Source of the DNA: an uncultured Planctomycetota bacterium
Lineage (GTDB): Bacteria > Planctomycetota > UBA11346
Assembly: GCA_903902515.1 (NCBI GenBank)
Contig: CAIUVD010000326.1
Span: forward strand, 2,350-66,349
DNA length: 64,000 nucleotides
Direction of reading: 5' to 3'
Positions 19,942 through 30,199 of this stretch are shown in pieces (the stretch's first letter is position 1; every line of letters starts with the position of its first letter). The notes beneath the pieces were generated by a model. The model did not search any database. It saw only the letters and a program-made list of their open reading frames with translations, and was not told where the DNA came from. A program made the position numbers and the translations under genes.

Positions 19942-22902
19942 ATGCGCCTGCCCCTGACCACTTCCCTGCTGGCGTTAGCGACATGGGTCGGGGCCGCCGA
20001 AGGCCCCCTGCTGACCCGCCCGGGGAACGACCTGGCGGTCATCAACACGCCCCATCTGCGGGTGATCGTGCCGGCGGCTCAGGCTGAGGCCCTGGGGCCC
20101 CTGGCCCAACGGGCCGATACCCTCTACGCCCACCTCGCCCTGGAGGCGGGCTATACCATCACCCGACCCCTGACCCTGATCGTCAGTGATGATGCCGAGG
20201 ACCATAACGGCTTCTCGTCGGTCGTGCCTAACCGGATTGTCCAGGTGGAGTTGGCCTCGTCCCTGCCCCGCAGCGGGATTTTTACCGGCGTGGATGAAAC
20301 CGAGCGGACCCTGGTCCACGAGTTCGTCCATCATATCAGCAACGACCGTAATTACGGTTTTCGGGGCGTCCTCGAACGGATTTTCGGGCGCATCTACCCC
20401 GATGAGTTCCTGGGTCTCGGGGTGGCCTACCTCTCGGTCCCGGCCCATGTGACCATGCCATCCTTCTGGCACGAGGGCATCGCCCAGTGGGCCGAAACCG
20501 CCTATGCCGACCCGGCCTCACCCTGGGCCGGCCGGGGCCGGGATAGCCTGACCCACCTGGTGTGGCGCCTGGATGCCCAGGCCGGAGAGATCCCCTCGGC
20601 CGACGCCTGGCGGGCGACCTACCACCGCTGGCCCTACGGCAATCGCGTCTACCTCTACGGCCTGGCCTACACCCGTTACCTGGAAGCTGCCTACGGGAAG
20701 GCTCCCGGCCTGTGGTCCTTGATCGAGGAACAGGGCCGAGGTTGGGCCTTTGAGTTCGATGACGCTCCGCGCCGACTCACGGGTAAACCCCACGCCGTGA
20801 TGATCCAGGAAGCCCGGCAGGCCCTGTTAATCGAACAGCAGGGCCACCTGGCGACCTTGGGCTCTCGACCGCTCACCAGCCTGCAACGCCTGACCCCCCC
20901 AGAAACCCTGGTGGCCGCCCCGGCGTGGCTGCCCGGCGGCGGGCTGCTGGCGGCCTACCACGACATCTACGACATCCCCACCATGATCGTCCTGGAGCCC
21001 GATGGCACCCTGGTGGATCTGGATGTGATGGCCTGGGATCGTGGTGAAGCCCGCAGTGTGGGGGATGGGACGGCGGTGTGGGCGGAATCCCGGCACAGCA
21101 CCAATCCCTGGCGGCGAAGCCGCATCATGCTGCGCTATCCCGATGGCGCGATCCGCCACCTGGAAGGCGATCGCTGCCGTCAGCCCGACCTACGGCGGCA
21201 GGCCAACGGCCAGGTGGAGGTCACCGCCATTCGCCAGGGTCCCGCAGGTACCCAGGATCTGGTCGTGGGGGCCGTCGGCCAGGCCATCCTCGGTAAACTG
21301 CCGGTGGAATGGCGAACCGTTCCCAGCCAGGGCCGGGCGTGGAGCCCGGCTTTTCGCCCCGGATCCGAGGCGTTGTCCTGGGTCGAAACCGATGCCACGG
21401 GCAGCCGCCTGATCCTGGCCCCCCTCGCCGAGCCGACCAAACGTCAGGTGCTGGCCGAGGTCCGGGGACGCATCATCCATCCGGCGTGGAGCGCCGACGG
21501 CCAGCGGGTGTTCCTGTGCGCCGACCACACGGGGGTCCCCAACGCCTGGTATGTTGACGCCCAAGCCCCCGGAATCCTCAAGCCCGTGACCCACGTGGTG
21601 GGGGGCGTGGTGGCCTGCGTACCCTCCCCCGATGGCAAGGAGCTGGCGCTGGTCGCCTATGACCGCCAGGGCAATTTCCTGGCCCGGATCTCCAACGACC
21701 CCGCCCAATTCCCGACGGAAGTCCCGCGTATCGACCTCGCCTGGCCGGCACCGGTACCGGCGGTCGCCGTGCCCGGACCCGTTCCCCGACCCCTGACACC
21801 CCTGCCAGCCACCACCGGTACCGCACCCCCGGCCACGCCCTACCGGGGCCTCACGGAACTGGCCCCCCTGTTCTGGACCCCAACCACCCAGGTGACGCCG
21901 GTTGGCGGCCTGGGCGTGGTGGCGGTGGCTGCGGATCCTATCAATTCCCACCAGGTGATCGCCAGTCTCGGGGTCGGTGACCATGACCAGACCCTGGTCG
22001 GATCCGCCGCCTACCTGTGCGCCGCCTGGACCCTGGAAATTGGCGTCTTGGCGTGGCGGGATGAACGGACCTACGACAATCAACTCTACGATGGCGCCGG
22101 TAACGGCTACGACCTCGTCGACACCACGGAAAACGTCGAAATTCGGGCTGGTTATGGCCTCCTCGGGCGTCAGCGGCGTTTCCAGGCCTACCTCGCCCTG
22201 GGCCAGGCCCGGACCGAAGAAACCTCCGCCAGCCAGGACCGTCACCAGGGCCAGACCCTGTTTAACCGGCCCGCTTTTGCCGGCCGGGAAACCTACGTTG
22301 AGGGCACCCTGGCCTTCAGCAGCAACCTCCTGTTTCCCACCAGCTACACCCGCGAGGACGGCACCCTGGCGGCGGCCACGTGGCGCTCGAGTGGCTTTGG
22401 CGGGGACCTGGAAGGCCAGCGACTGGTCGCCCGGGCCGCCCACACCATCTCGGTCTGGCCCTCGGCCGGACATCAATTGGTGGTCGGCGGCCTGGTCGGC
22501 TGGACCAGCCAGGATGCAACCCGGACCCTCCAGGGTCGCTTCGCCGTGGGTCCGCCCAGCACCCTGGGCATTCCCCGGGGTTACCACGAAACCGCCGCCA
22601 TTGGCGATTACCTGCTGGGCTGGACCCTGGCCTACCGTTTGCCGGTATGGCGGCCCTTCCGGGGCCTAGGCACCACCCCCTTCGCCCTCCGCCAGGTGGT
22701 GGTCGAGGCTTTCCTTGATGGCGCCAAGGTGATGGCGGACTCCCTCGGTGATCGGGCCCCGTGGTACCGCTCGGCGGGTGGTGAACTGCATCTCGATACG
22801 GAAATCTGGGCCCTGCGCCTAGCCCCGGGCCTGGGGGTGGCCCGCCAACTGGACGGCCCCGAGGACACCGTGGCGTACCTGACCCTAGGATTCGCCTGGT
22901 GA
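19942..22902 (+). CDS. Secreted/outer-membrane protein: Zn-peptidase-like domain, TolB-like beta-propeller and C-terminal beta-barrel
   Basis: Signal peptide; HEFVH..EGIAQW; PAWL/PAFRP/PAWSADG/PSPDGKEL PD40-like repeats; C-terminal YLTLGFAW beta-signal. Confidence 0.7.
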   Translation: MRLPLTTSLLALATWVGAAEGPLLTRPGNDLAVINTPHLRVIVPAAQAEALGPLAQRADTLYAHLALEAGYTITRPLTLIVSDDAEDHNGFSSVVPNRIVQVELASSLPRSGIFTGVDETERTLVHEFVHHISNDRNYGFRGVLERIFGRIYPDEFLGLGVAYLSVPAHVTMPSFWHEGIAQWAETAYADPASPWAGRGRDSLTHLVWRLDAQAGEIPSADAWRATYHRWPYGNRVYLYGLAYTRYLEAAYGKAPGLWSLIEEQGRGWAFEFDDAPRRLTGKPHAVMIQEARQALLIEQQGHLATLGSRPLTSLQRLTPPETLVAAPAWLPGGGLLAAYHDIYDIPTMIVLEPDGTLVDLDVMAWDRGEARSVGDGTAVWAESRHSTNPWRRSRIMLRYPDGAIRHLEGDRCRQPDLRRQANGQVEVTAIRQGPAGTQDLVVGAVGQAILGKLPVEWRTVPSQGRAWSPAFRPGSEALSWVETDATGSRLILAPLAEPTKRQVLAEVRGRIIHPAWSADGQRVFLCADHTGVPNAWYVDAQAPGILKPVTHVVGGVVACVPSPDGKELALVAYDRQGNFLARISNDPAQFPTEVPRIDLAWPAPVPAVAVPGPVPRPLTPLPATTGTAPPATPYRGLTELAPLFWTPTTQVTPVGGLGVVAVAADPINSHQVIASLGVGDHDQTLVGSAAYLCAAWTLEIGVLAWRDERTYDNQLYDGAGNGYDLVDTTENVEIRAGYGLLGRQRRFQAYLALGQARTEETSASQDRHQGQTLFNRPAFAGRETYVEGTLAFSSNLLFPTSYTREDGTLAAATWRSSGFGGDLEGQRLVARAAHTISVWPSAGHQLVVGGLVGWTSQDATRTLQGRFAVGPPSTLGIPRGYHETAAIGDYLLGWTLAYRLPVWRPFRGLGTTPFALRQVVVEAFLDGAKVMADSLGDRAPWYRSAGGELHLDTEIWALRLAPGLGVARQLDGPEDTVAYLTLGFAW

Positions 22903-23426
22903 ACACCCCCCTACGCCCCCAAAACCTCTGGTACCGCCGCTGGTGGCGGATCTCCGTGCACGCGGTGCGCGGCGTGACGCGGCTCCAAGACACCCCCCAT
23001 CGGATCGCCACCGGGGTCGCCTGCGGTCTCTTTTCCAGTGTGCTGCCGATTCTCGGCCAGACCGTGGTCGGCATCGTCCTCACCCGCCTCCTGCGGGGCA
23101 ACATCGTCGCCAGTCTGCCCTGGAGTTGGATCTCCAATCCCGTGACCTCCCCGCTCATTTTTTATGGGTGTTATCGCGTGGGAATCCTGCTTATCCCCGG
23201 CCAGGAAGTCCTGTCCTGGGTGCAAATGGAGGCCATGGTCACCAAATTCCAGGCCATGGGATTCCGTGAAGCCCTGGCCGAGGCTGCCGGGGTTTTTGCC
23301 GGGGCCGCCCTACCCCTGGGGCTGGGGAGTTTGCTGGTGGGAGCCATCGTCGGCGGCATCGGCTACGCCGGTGCCTGGGGGGTGGTCACCACCATCCAAC
23401 AGCGCCGAGCCCGCTCCACCGGGTGA
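22899..23426 (+). CDS. DUF2062 family membrane protein
   Basis: DTPHRIATGVACG.F...P..GQT and WISNPVT motifs. Confidence 0.8.
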   Translation: MNTPLRPQNLWYRRWWRISVHAVRGVTRLQDTPHRIATGVACGLFSSVLPILGQTVVGIVLTRLLRGNIVASLPWSWISNPVTSPLIFYGCYRVGILLIPGQEVLSWVQMEAMVTKFQAMGFREALAEAAGVFAGAALPLGLGSLLVGAIVGGIGYAGAWGVVTTIQQRRARSTG

Positions 23427-23447
23427 AATCCTGGTGTAGACTGCTGC

Positions 23448-25067
23448 ATGCCGGATTCCGCCCTTCCTGACACCGTTCACGCTGTGGACCTGCTGCTGGG
23501 GGCGGAAAGCAGCCGAACCCTGCTCCGTCGGCTGGAAGACCTGCTGACCGCCGCCGAGGCCCTGCCCGCCCGGTTGTACCTCGCGGATATCCAGGGTGCG
23601 GTCTACTACATCGCCGCCGGTTTCGGCTGCTCTCGCGAGGGAGCGGACCTGCCCTTTGACCAACCCCGGACGCCCGGCCAGTTGGTGGTCACCAGCCAGG
23701 GCGAGCCCGTAGGCCTGCTGGAGGTCCCGGCCGCCGCCGCCCCGCGCCTCGAAGCCGTGGCCGGGATCCTGGGCCCCATCCTCGTCCAACGTCACCGCCA
23801 AGACCTGACGACCCACGACCTCCATCACGCCAAGGAACAAATCACCCACCTCCTGGCGGCCGGCGACCTTCTGCGCCACCTCGAAGTCGATACCCTGCTG
23901 GTGAAAATCCTGGAGACCGTTCTGACGGCCGTCCAAGCCCAGGTCGGCGCCGTCGTGGTTCCCGATGACCAGGGCCGACCCAAGGCCCGGGTCACCTGGG
24001 GTCTGCGCGAGGACCACCTCGCCCATATCAAACTGCGCGATGGCCGGTCCCTGGTGGCGGCAACCATGGAAGACGGCCAGACCCGTTGCCTGGATGAGCA
24101 GACCATTCAGCACGACCTCGATCTGACGGGCCTGACCGCCCATCTCACGGGCCTGATGACCCTGCCCTTGACCAGCCGCGGCGCGGTTCGGGGTGCGGTG
24201 ATCCTCGGCAACCCCCAGGAGGCCTTCACCCCGGCCACCAGCCGGATGGCCGAGACGGTCTGCGCCCTGGCCGCCATCGCCCTCGACAACGCTCTGCTGG
24301 TCAAGGCGATGGTCGAAAGCGAACGTCTGAAACAGGAGATGGAACTGGCCCGGGGCGTGCAGGCCGGCTTGTTTCCGGCCAAGGGCCTGCGCACCGGCCC
24401 CCTGGTGATCGAAGGAGCGAGCCGCTCGTGCAGTGAAACCGGCGGCGACTACTACACCTTCGGCGACCGGGGCCGGGACGTGGTGATGATGATCGGTGAC
24501 GTCTCGGGCCACGGCCTGGGGGCCGCCCTGTTCACGTTCATGGCCCACGTCCTCGGCAAACGCCTGTTCCGGGCCAGCATCGACCTGGATCACTGCTTCC
24601 GCCTCCTGAATGAGGAACTCTCCGACTACCAGAGCGGCCGGTTCATGACCGCCGCTCTGGTCGAAATCGACCCGAAAACTTTGGAATTTACCTACGTCAG
24701 CGCCGGTCACAACCCGCTGCTGTGGATCCACGAGGGCAAGGCGGTGTGGCTCGAAAGTTGTGGTTTCCCCCTCGGGATCATGTCGGAAGGCGAATGGCCC
24801 CCCAGCGCGTCCAAAACCCTTTCACCCGGCGACGTGCTGATCCTCTACACGGATGGCTTCAGCGAGGCGGTGGATCCCTCCGGCGAGATCTACACCGAGG
24901 AGCGGCTGGCGGCGGCCGCCATCGCCGCCTGGGAAAAAGGCCTCACTCCGACGGAAATGTTGGTCTCCCTCAACGCCGAGGCCGATACGTGGACCCAGGG
25001 AGCGCCCCACACGGATGACCTGACGATGGTGATCGCCAAGGTCGGCCCTCTGCCTGTCAGCGCCTGA
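23448..25067 (+). CDS. GAF domain plus SpoIIE/PP2C-type Ser/Thr phosphatase (RsbU-like)
   Basis: ELARGVQ, GGDYY, IGDVSGHGLGAAL, SAGHNP, LYTDGFSEA and DDLT motifs. Confidence 0.9.
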   Translation: MPDSALPDTVHAVDLLLGAESSRTLLRRLEDLLTAAEALPARLYLADIQGAVYYIAAGFGCSREGADLPFDQPRTPGQLVVTSQGEPVGLLEVPAAAAPRLEAVAGILGPILVQRHRQDLTTHDLHHAKEQITHLLAAGDLLRHLEVDTLLVKILETVLTAVQAQVGAVVVPDDQGRPKARVTWGLREDHLAHIKLRDGRSLVAATMEDGQTRCLDEQTIQHDLDLTGLTAHLTGLMTLPLTSRGAVRGAVILGNPQEAFTPATSRMAETVCALAAIALDNALLVKAMVESERLKQEMELARGVQAGLFPAKGLRTGPLVIEGASRSCSETGGDYYTFGDRGRDVVMMIGDVSGHGLGAALFTFMAHVLGKRLFRASIDLDHCFRLLNEELSDYQSGRFMTAALVEIDPKTLEFTYVSAGHNPLLWIHEGKAVWLESCGFPLGIMSEGEWPPSASKTLSPGDVLILYTDGFSEAVDPSGEIYTEERLAAAAIAAWEKGLTPTEMLVSLNAEADTWTQGAPHTDDLTMVIAKVGPLPVSA

Positions 25068-25122
25068 TCGTCGACGGATTGACGGCTTTCGCGGCGGACA
25101 GTTGGATCTAATGTCGGCACCC

Positions 25123-27849
25123 ATGATCGCCCTGCGCCACCTGTCGCCCCTGCTTTTGACCCTGGCCCTGTGGTCGGCCAAGGAGCCGCTGCCGTTCCCG
25201 GAGATGGCACCAACCATCGGGACCCTGCTCCAGCGCAATTATTACGATCACCAGCGCTTCCAACCCCGGCTGATGGTGGAACGGGCCCTGCGGTCCCTGG
25301 AACGCGCGGAAATCACCATTGAAGCCCAGTGGAAGGATGGCGTCATCCGCATCCGTCACGAGAACGACCAGCGCACCATCCAGGCCCCGGACCCCCGGTC
25401 CCTGGAAGAAGCCATGATCTTGATTGAGGCCGTGCGCGGCGAACTCGACCGCACGCCCCTGACCAACACCCGCAAGCGTGAACTGACCTACGCCATGCTC
25501 AACGGAGCCCTGGCGACCCTCGATCCCCACACCGTTCTGATGCCCCCGGAGCCAGCCCAAAACTTCAGCGAGGATGTGGCGGGCGAATTCTTCGGCATCG
25601 GCGCCTACCTGGCCCAGAATGAGGGCATCATCTCCATCGAACGGGTCATGCCGGGTCTACCGGCCGAACGGGCCGGCATCGAGGACGGCGATGTCATTCT
25701 CGCCGTCGATGGAGAACGGACCGCCGGCCTGTCCCTGCATCAGGCCGTCAAGCGCATCAAGGGCCCCAAGGGCACCACCGTCTCGCTGACCCTCCACCGC
25801 AAGGGCATGCCCCAACCCATCGTCATCGCCGTGGTCCGCGACCTCGTGCAAGTGGTGACCATGCGGGCGTGGCGCCGCGACAGCATCGGCTATGTGCGGA
25901 TGGATGAGTTCAACGCCAACACCGCCCGGGATCTGGCCACCGCCCTCCTCGAATTGGAGCGCAGTGGCCCCCTGAGCGCCTTTGTCCTCGACCTGCGCTT
26001 CAACCCCGGCGGTCTCCTCGACCAGGCCAAACTGATCAGCGACTTCTTCCTGCCGGCCGGCAAGGAAATCGTCCGCACCGTGACCGTCGACGGCGACCCG
26101 CACATCACCTCCTCGTCACGCCAGACCCTGCTCGACGTGCCGATGGCCGTCATCACCTCGGGGGGAAGCGCCAGCGCGGCGGAAATCCTGTCGGGCTGTC
26201 TCCAGCTCAACGACCGGGCGGTAGTCCTCGGGACCACCACCTTCGGCAAGGGTTCGGTTCAGACCGTACGCCCCCTGCGGGACAACAGCCGCCTGAAACT
26301 CACCATCCAGGAATATCAGCTCCCCGGTGGCGTCTCGATCCAGGACGTGGGCGTAACCCCCGATGTGCGCCTGGTTCGGCACATCGTCGACAAGGATGGC
26401 AGCGTTGACCTCCTGCCCTTCAGCCCTCACCGGGAACACGACGAGGAATTCGCCCTCGCCAACCGCAAAGCCTACGCCCACCAGGCCACGGCCACCATCG
26501 GCTGGCTAGCCCATTACCGCAACAAGGACGAGCTGAAGGTCCATGGCATTGCGTCCCGTAGTTTCTCTCCTGACCAGGAGGCGATGCTGGTTCTCGACCT
26601 GATGGCCGCCGCCGCCAGCCAAGCCGACTTCGCCACGACCGGCCAGGCCGCGGTCAAATCCGGCCAGGGCCGCCGTTTCCTCCTTGATCGCCTGACCGCC
26701 CCCCTGCGGGAGCGGCAAGCCCGCGAGTCCGCCGCGCTGACCGAAGCCCTGGCCAAGCAGCCCCAGCCCATCACCTGGGGCCCGGAAACGGCCGTCGACG
26801 GCCTCCAGGTGTCGTTCGCCGGACCGGCCCAGATCCAGGCCGGCACCGATGCCGACCTGCGTTTCACCATCACCAACCCGTCCGACGTCCCGGCCGGTCG
26901 GATCTTCGGGATGATCGAGGCCGACATCGCTTCGCCCCTGTGGGAGGACGAACTCGTCGTCGGGGCGGTGCCGGCCCGCGGCACCGTCGAGGCCCGGCTG
27001 CACTTCCGCGTCCCCCCCCGGCTCTACGCCGGCGAGGAGCGATTCACCCTGGTCCTGCGCCATGATGGCCAAGAAGCCCCCCTCGCCCGCCTGCCCATCA
27101 GCCTGACGGTCGTGCCCCAGGAACGGCCCCATTTCGCCATTTCGTGGTCCATGACCCCGACGATCCTCAAGCCCGGCGAGCCCGCCTCCCTCGGTCTGCA
27201 GGTCCTGAACGATGGTTCCGGTACCTCGGCCCCCCTGAAGCTGCGGGTCTTCAAGTTGGACGATGCGTTCGTTCAATTGCTCGAAACCGAGCTGCCCTTC
27301 CCCAAGGGCCTGGCCCCCGGCTCGACCGCTCCCCCGGTGTCCGTGCCCCTCACGATTGCCGAGCAAGTCCGGGGCACGCCTTTCGCCGCCCATGAAATCC
27401 GCCTCCAACTGAGTCTGGCCGAGGATTTCGAAGATATCGATGATGAATCGCGAACCGATGGTCGCTACCGCTCGGGATTCGGCACCACCCTGACGATTCC
27501 GGTCGGCCAAGCCATCGCTCCCCGGTCCCTGGTGCCTCCGCGCCTGGCGACACGGGAGGTCAAGGTCGATGGAGGCATCGCCCACATCCGGATTCGCCTC
27601 GACGACGACAATCCCCGCTGGCTCACGATCCTCCGCAATGAGGACAAGATCGACCTCCGCAGCGTCACCGCCTCGGGGGAGTTCACCTTTGATGTGCCCT
27701 TGGAACCCGGCATCAACAGCGTCCAGGTGGTGGCGGTCGACGCCGACACCCTGGAACAGGGCATCCCCCTGCGGATCTGGGGCGCGGGCGAGAAGCCGAC
27801 CACCAAGCCCGCCGCCAAGGCGCCCCCGGGCAACGAGGTGCTGCCCTGA
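25123..27849 (+). CDS. S41 carboxy-terminal processing protease with PDZ domain and C-terminal Ig-like extensions
   Basis: LDPHT, FFGIGA (PDZ), LDLRFNPGGLL, SASAAEILSG and FGKGSVQ; start codon uncertain (25111 or 25123). Confidence 0.88.
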   Translation: MIALRHLSPLLLTLALWSAKEPLPFPEMAPTIGTLLQRNYYDHQRFQPRLMVERALRSLERAEITIEAQWKDGVIRIRHENDQRTIQAPDPRSLEEAMILIEAVRGELDRTPLTNTRKRELTYAMLNGALATLDPHTVLMPPEPAQNFSEDVAGEFFGIGAYLAQNEGIISIERVMPGLPAERAGIEDGDVILAVDGERTAGLSLHQAVKRIKGPKGTTVSLTLHRKGMPQPIVIAVVRDLVQVVTMRAWRRDSIGYVRMDEFNANTARDLATALLELERSGPLSAFVLDLRFNPGGLLDQAKLISDFFLPAGKEIVRTVTVDGDPHITSSSRQTLLDVPMAVITSGGSASAAEILSGCLQLNDRAVVLGTTTFGKGSVQTVRPLRDNSRLKLTIQEYQLPGGVSIQDVGVTPDVRLVRHIVDKDGSVDLLPFSPHREHDEEFALANRKAYAHQATATIGWLAHYRNKDELKVHGIASRSFSPDQEAMLVLDLMAAAASQADFATTGQAAVKSGQGRRFLLDRLTAPLRERQARESAALTEALAKQPQPITWGPETAVDGLQVSFAGPAQIQAGTDADLRFTITNPSDVPAGRIFGMIEADIASPLWEDELVVGAVPARGTVEARLHFRVPPRLYAGEERFTLVLRHDGQEAPLARLPISLTVVPQERPHFAISWSMTPTILKPGEPASLGLQVLNDGSGTSAPLKLRVFKLDDAFVQLLETELPFPKGLAPGSTAPPVSVPLTIAEQVRGTPFAAHEIRLQLSLAEDFEDIDDESRTDGRYRSGFGTTLTIPVGQAIAPRSLVPPRLATREVKVDGGIAHIRIRLDDDNPRWLTILRNEDKIDLRSVTASGEFTFDVPLEPGINSVQVVAVDADTLEQGIPLRIWGAGEKPTTKPAAKAPPGNEVLP

Positions 27850-27855
27850 TGGGGG

Positions 27856-28914
27856 TCAGACCCGCTGCTGAACGCGCTTGGTCGGAGCCGGATTCCACCA
27901 CGCATCGATGCTCGACATGATGCGATCCCGCAGCAGGTAGGCGAGGACCAGGAAGATCACCAGACTGACCCCCACCAGCAGCCACCGCAGGGGTTCTGGC
28001 AACCCCGGGCCAGACGAGGACGGGCTGGCCCGGCGGGCTTTCAGGCCAGCGACGCAGGCCAAATCTTCTTCGAGGTCATTGAGGGTCTGATAACGGCGCT
28101 GGGGATTCTTTTTCAGGCAGCGTTGGATGACGGCGAGCATCTGCGGATCCATACGCGGGAAGCGTGGCTCCTCCTCGCAATGCATCTTCAACAAAACATA
28201 GGGATCCGTCGAGGTGAAGGGCGTGTCGCCGGTGACCATCTCGTACAGGATGATCCCGAGACTGTAGATATCCGACCGCTCGGTAACGTCCTTGGTATTC
28301 TGACACTGCTCGGGGCTCATGTAGAGCGGCGTGCCCATGATCTGGCCAGTCATGGTCAGTTTGGTGCGCTTCACGTCGAACAGTTTGGCCAGGCCGAAAT
28401 CGGCGACCTTGACCACCAGACCCTTGCGGATGTTGCCGATGATGAACCCACCCCGACCGTCCCCGGGACGGGTCAGGAGGAGGTTTTCTGGCTTGAGATC
28501 CCGATGAACGGTGGCCGCCTCCCGCAACCCCCGCAAGACCATGATCGCCACCCAGGCGGCCTCGGCCACGGGCAGGGACTTCCGCTTATCAAGCAGGTCC
28601 CGCAGGCTGCCCCCCGCCATGTGCTCCATGGCCACATAGGGGAACTGGTGATGCTGGCCGGTGGAACGGTACCCGACCACATGGTGACTGTTGCGAGCCT
28701 TGCGCAAAACCTCGCGCTCACGCTCAAAACGCGGGAGATCGCTGGCATTCTCCAAAACCTTAATGGCCACCAATTCTTCAGGATTCGACAGGAGCTGGCA
28801 GCGGAACACGCTGCCGCAACCACCCTCCCCGAGTTTCTTCACCACCCGGTATTTGCCGTCGATGATGTCACCCTGATTGACCCGTAACTTCAATTCCAGG
28901 GGCTGGGCGGGCAT
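27856..28914 (-). CDS. Hanks-type Ser/Thr protein kinase with C-terminal TM helix
   Basis: LGEGGCGSV, VAIK, HRDLKPEN, DFG, GTPLYMSPEQ and SDIYSLG. Confidence 0.93.
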   Translation of the reverse strand: MPAQPLELKLRVNQGDIIDGKYRVVKKLGEGGCGSVFRCQLLSNPEELVAIKVLENASDLPRFEREREVLRKARNSHHVVGYRSTGQHHQFPYVAMEHMAGGSLRDLLDKRKSLPVAEAAWVAIMVLRGLREAATVHRDLKPENLLLTRPGDGRGGFIIGNIRKGLVVKVADFGLAKLFDVKRTKLTMTGQIMGTPLYMSPEQCQNTKDVTERSDIYSLGIILYEMVTGDTPFTSTDPYVLLKMHCEEEPRFPRMDPQMLAVIQRCLKKNPQRRYQTLNDLEEDLACVAGLKARRASPSSSGPGLPEPLRWLLVGVSLVIFLVLAYLLRDRIMSSIDAWWNPAPTKRVQQRV

Positions 28915-29005
28915 GGCTCGGCACCCTATGGCCCGGCGAAGGCTGCCAAGACTACCACCCGTCGGCCTCCATTGACTGTCCTCCGGGCCGGCACGCTTCC
29001 CCACC

Positions 29006-30199
29006 ATGGTTTCACCGCCGACCCTCGACGGCCTCCTGGCGTGGCTGGATGCCGCCCCCAACCGGGAGCGCACCGGCAATTTCGCCGGCCTGCACACCCA
29101 GGCCATGGGCCGGGTCCTGGCCCACCTGCCAACACCCCCGGCCCCGGTGACCATCGCCGGGACCAAAGGTAAAGGCAGCACCCTGCACCTCATCGAGGCG
29201 GGCTTGGCCGCCCTGGGCCGGTCGACCACGGCCTTCACCAGCCCCCATGTCCGTTCCGTGGCCGAACGCTGGCGCCTCGATGGCAGGGAAGCCACCCCGG
29301 AGGATCTGCAGGACGCCCAGGCCACCGCCATGGCCGCTGAGGTCGCCGCCGGATGCCCCCTGTCGTGGTTTGAACGCTCCCTGGCCCTGGCCGTAATCCT
29401 GGCCAGCCGCCGACCCTCGGCGGTGTTTCTGGCCGAGGTCGGAATCGGCGGACGCCAGGATGCGGTGAACGCCCTCGACGCCGGAATCGCCGTGGTCACC
29501 CACCTGTCCCACGACCACCGGGATGTCCTGGGGCCGACCCTCGACCACATCGCCCACCAAAAATTGGGCATCGCCCGAGCGGGATACCCCCTGGTCATCG
29601 CTCCCCAAAGCCCCGAGGCCGCCGCGGCCATCAACCGGCGGCTGTCGGCGGGGGATGCCGACGGTGCGCTGATCATGGACGTCGGGCGCGGTCCAGCCCT
29701 CGACCTCGGCCTCCCCGGCGATCACCAGCAAGATAACGCCGCCACCGCTTTGGCGGTCCTCACGCTCCTCGCCCCAGGAGCCGACCTCGGGCCGGTCAAA
29801 GCCGCCTGGCGGGACCTCCACCTGCCGGCCCGTTGCCAACGGGTCCACCACCGGGGCCGGTCCCTGCTGGTCGATGGAGCCCACAATGGTCCGAGTATCG
29901 CCGCCACCCTCCAGGTCGCCCACCAGGACTTTTCCCAGGGTTTCACGCTGCTTCTAGCCCTGGCCCGGGACAAGGAGGTTGAGGAAATTCTGGCCACCCT
30001 CCCCGCCGGCCTGGGCGTCGTCCGTTGTGGCTACGCCAGCCCCCGGGCCCGTCAGGAAGCCGATTGGCCCCCCGAAGCTCGGGCGTGGCCGTGGTACGCC
30101 ACGGTGGCTGAGGCCCTGGCCGCCGTGCCCGGCCCCCTCTGCATCACCGGCAGTTTCTACCTGGCGGCCGAGGCCCTGGCGACCCTGGAGAGCCCCTAA
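29006..30199 (+). CDS. folC: Folylpolyglutamate synthase / dihydrofolate synthase
   Basis: IAGTKGKGST, FTSPH, EVGIGGRQDAVN, HQQDNA, DGAHN and TGSFYL. Confidence 0.88.
   Translation: MVSPPTLDGLLAWLDAAPNRERTGNFAGLHTQAMGRVLAHLPTPPAPVTIAGTKGKGSTLHLIEAGLAALGRSTTAFTSPHVRSVAERWRLDGREATPEDLQDAQATAMAAEVAAGCPLSWFERSLALAVILASRRPSAVFLAEVGIGGRQDAVNALDAGIAVVTHLSHDHRDVLGPTLDHIAHQKLGIARAGYPLVIAPQSPEAAAAINRRLSAGDADGALIMDVGRGPALDLGLPGDHQQDNAATALAVLTLLAPGADLGPVKAAWRDLHLPARCQRVHHRGRSLLVDGAHNGPSIAATLQVAHQDFSQGFTLLLALARDKEVEEILATLPAGLGVVRCGYASPRARQEADWPPEARAWPWYATVAEALAAVPGPLCITGSFYLAAEALATLESP

Noticed and set aside
27856..29676. 606-aa kinase with N-terminal extension
   Set aside because: The extension is antisense to folC; the kinase most plausibly starts at 28914
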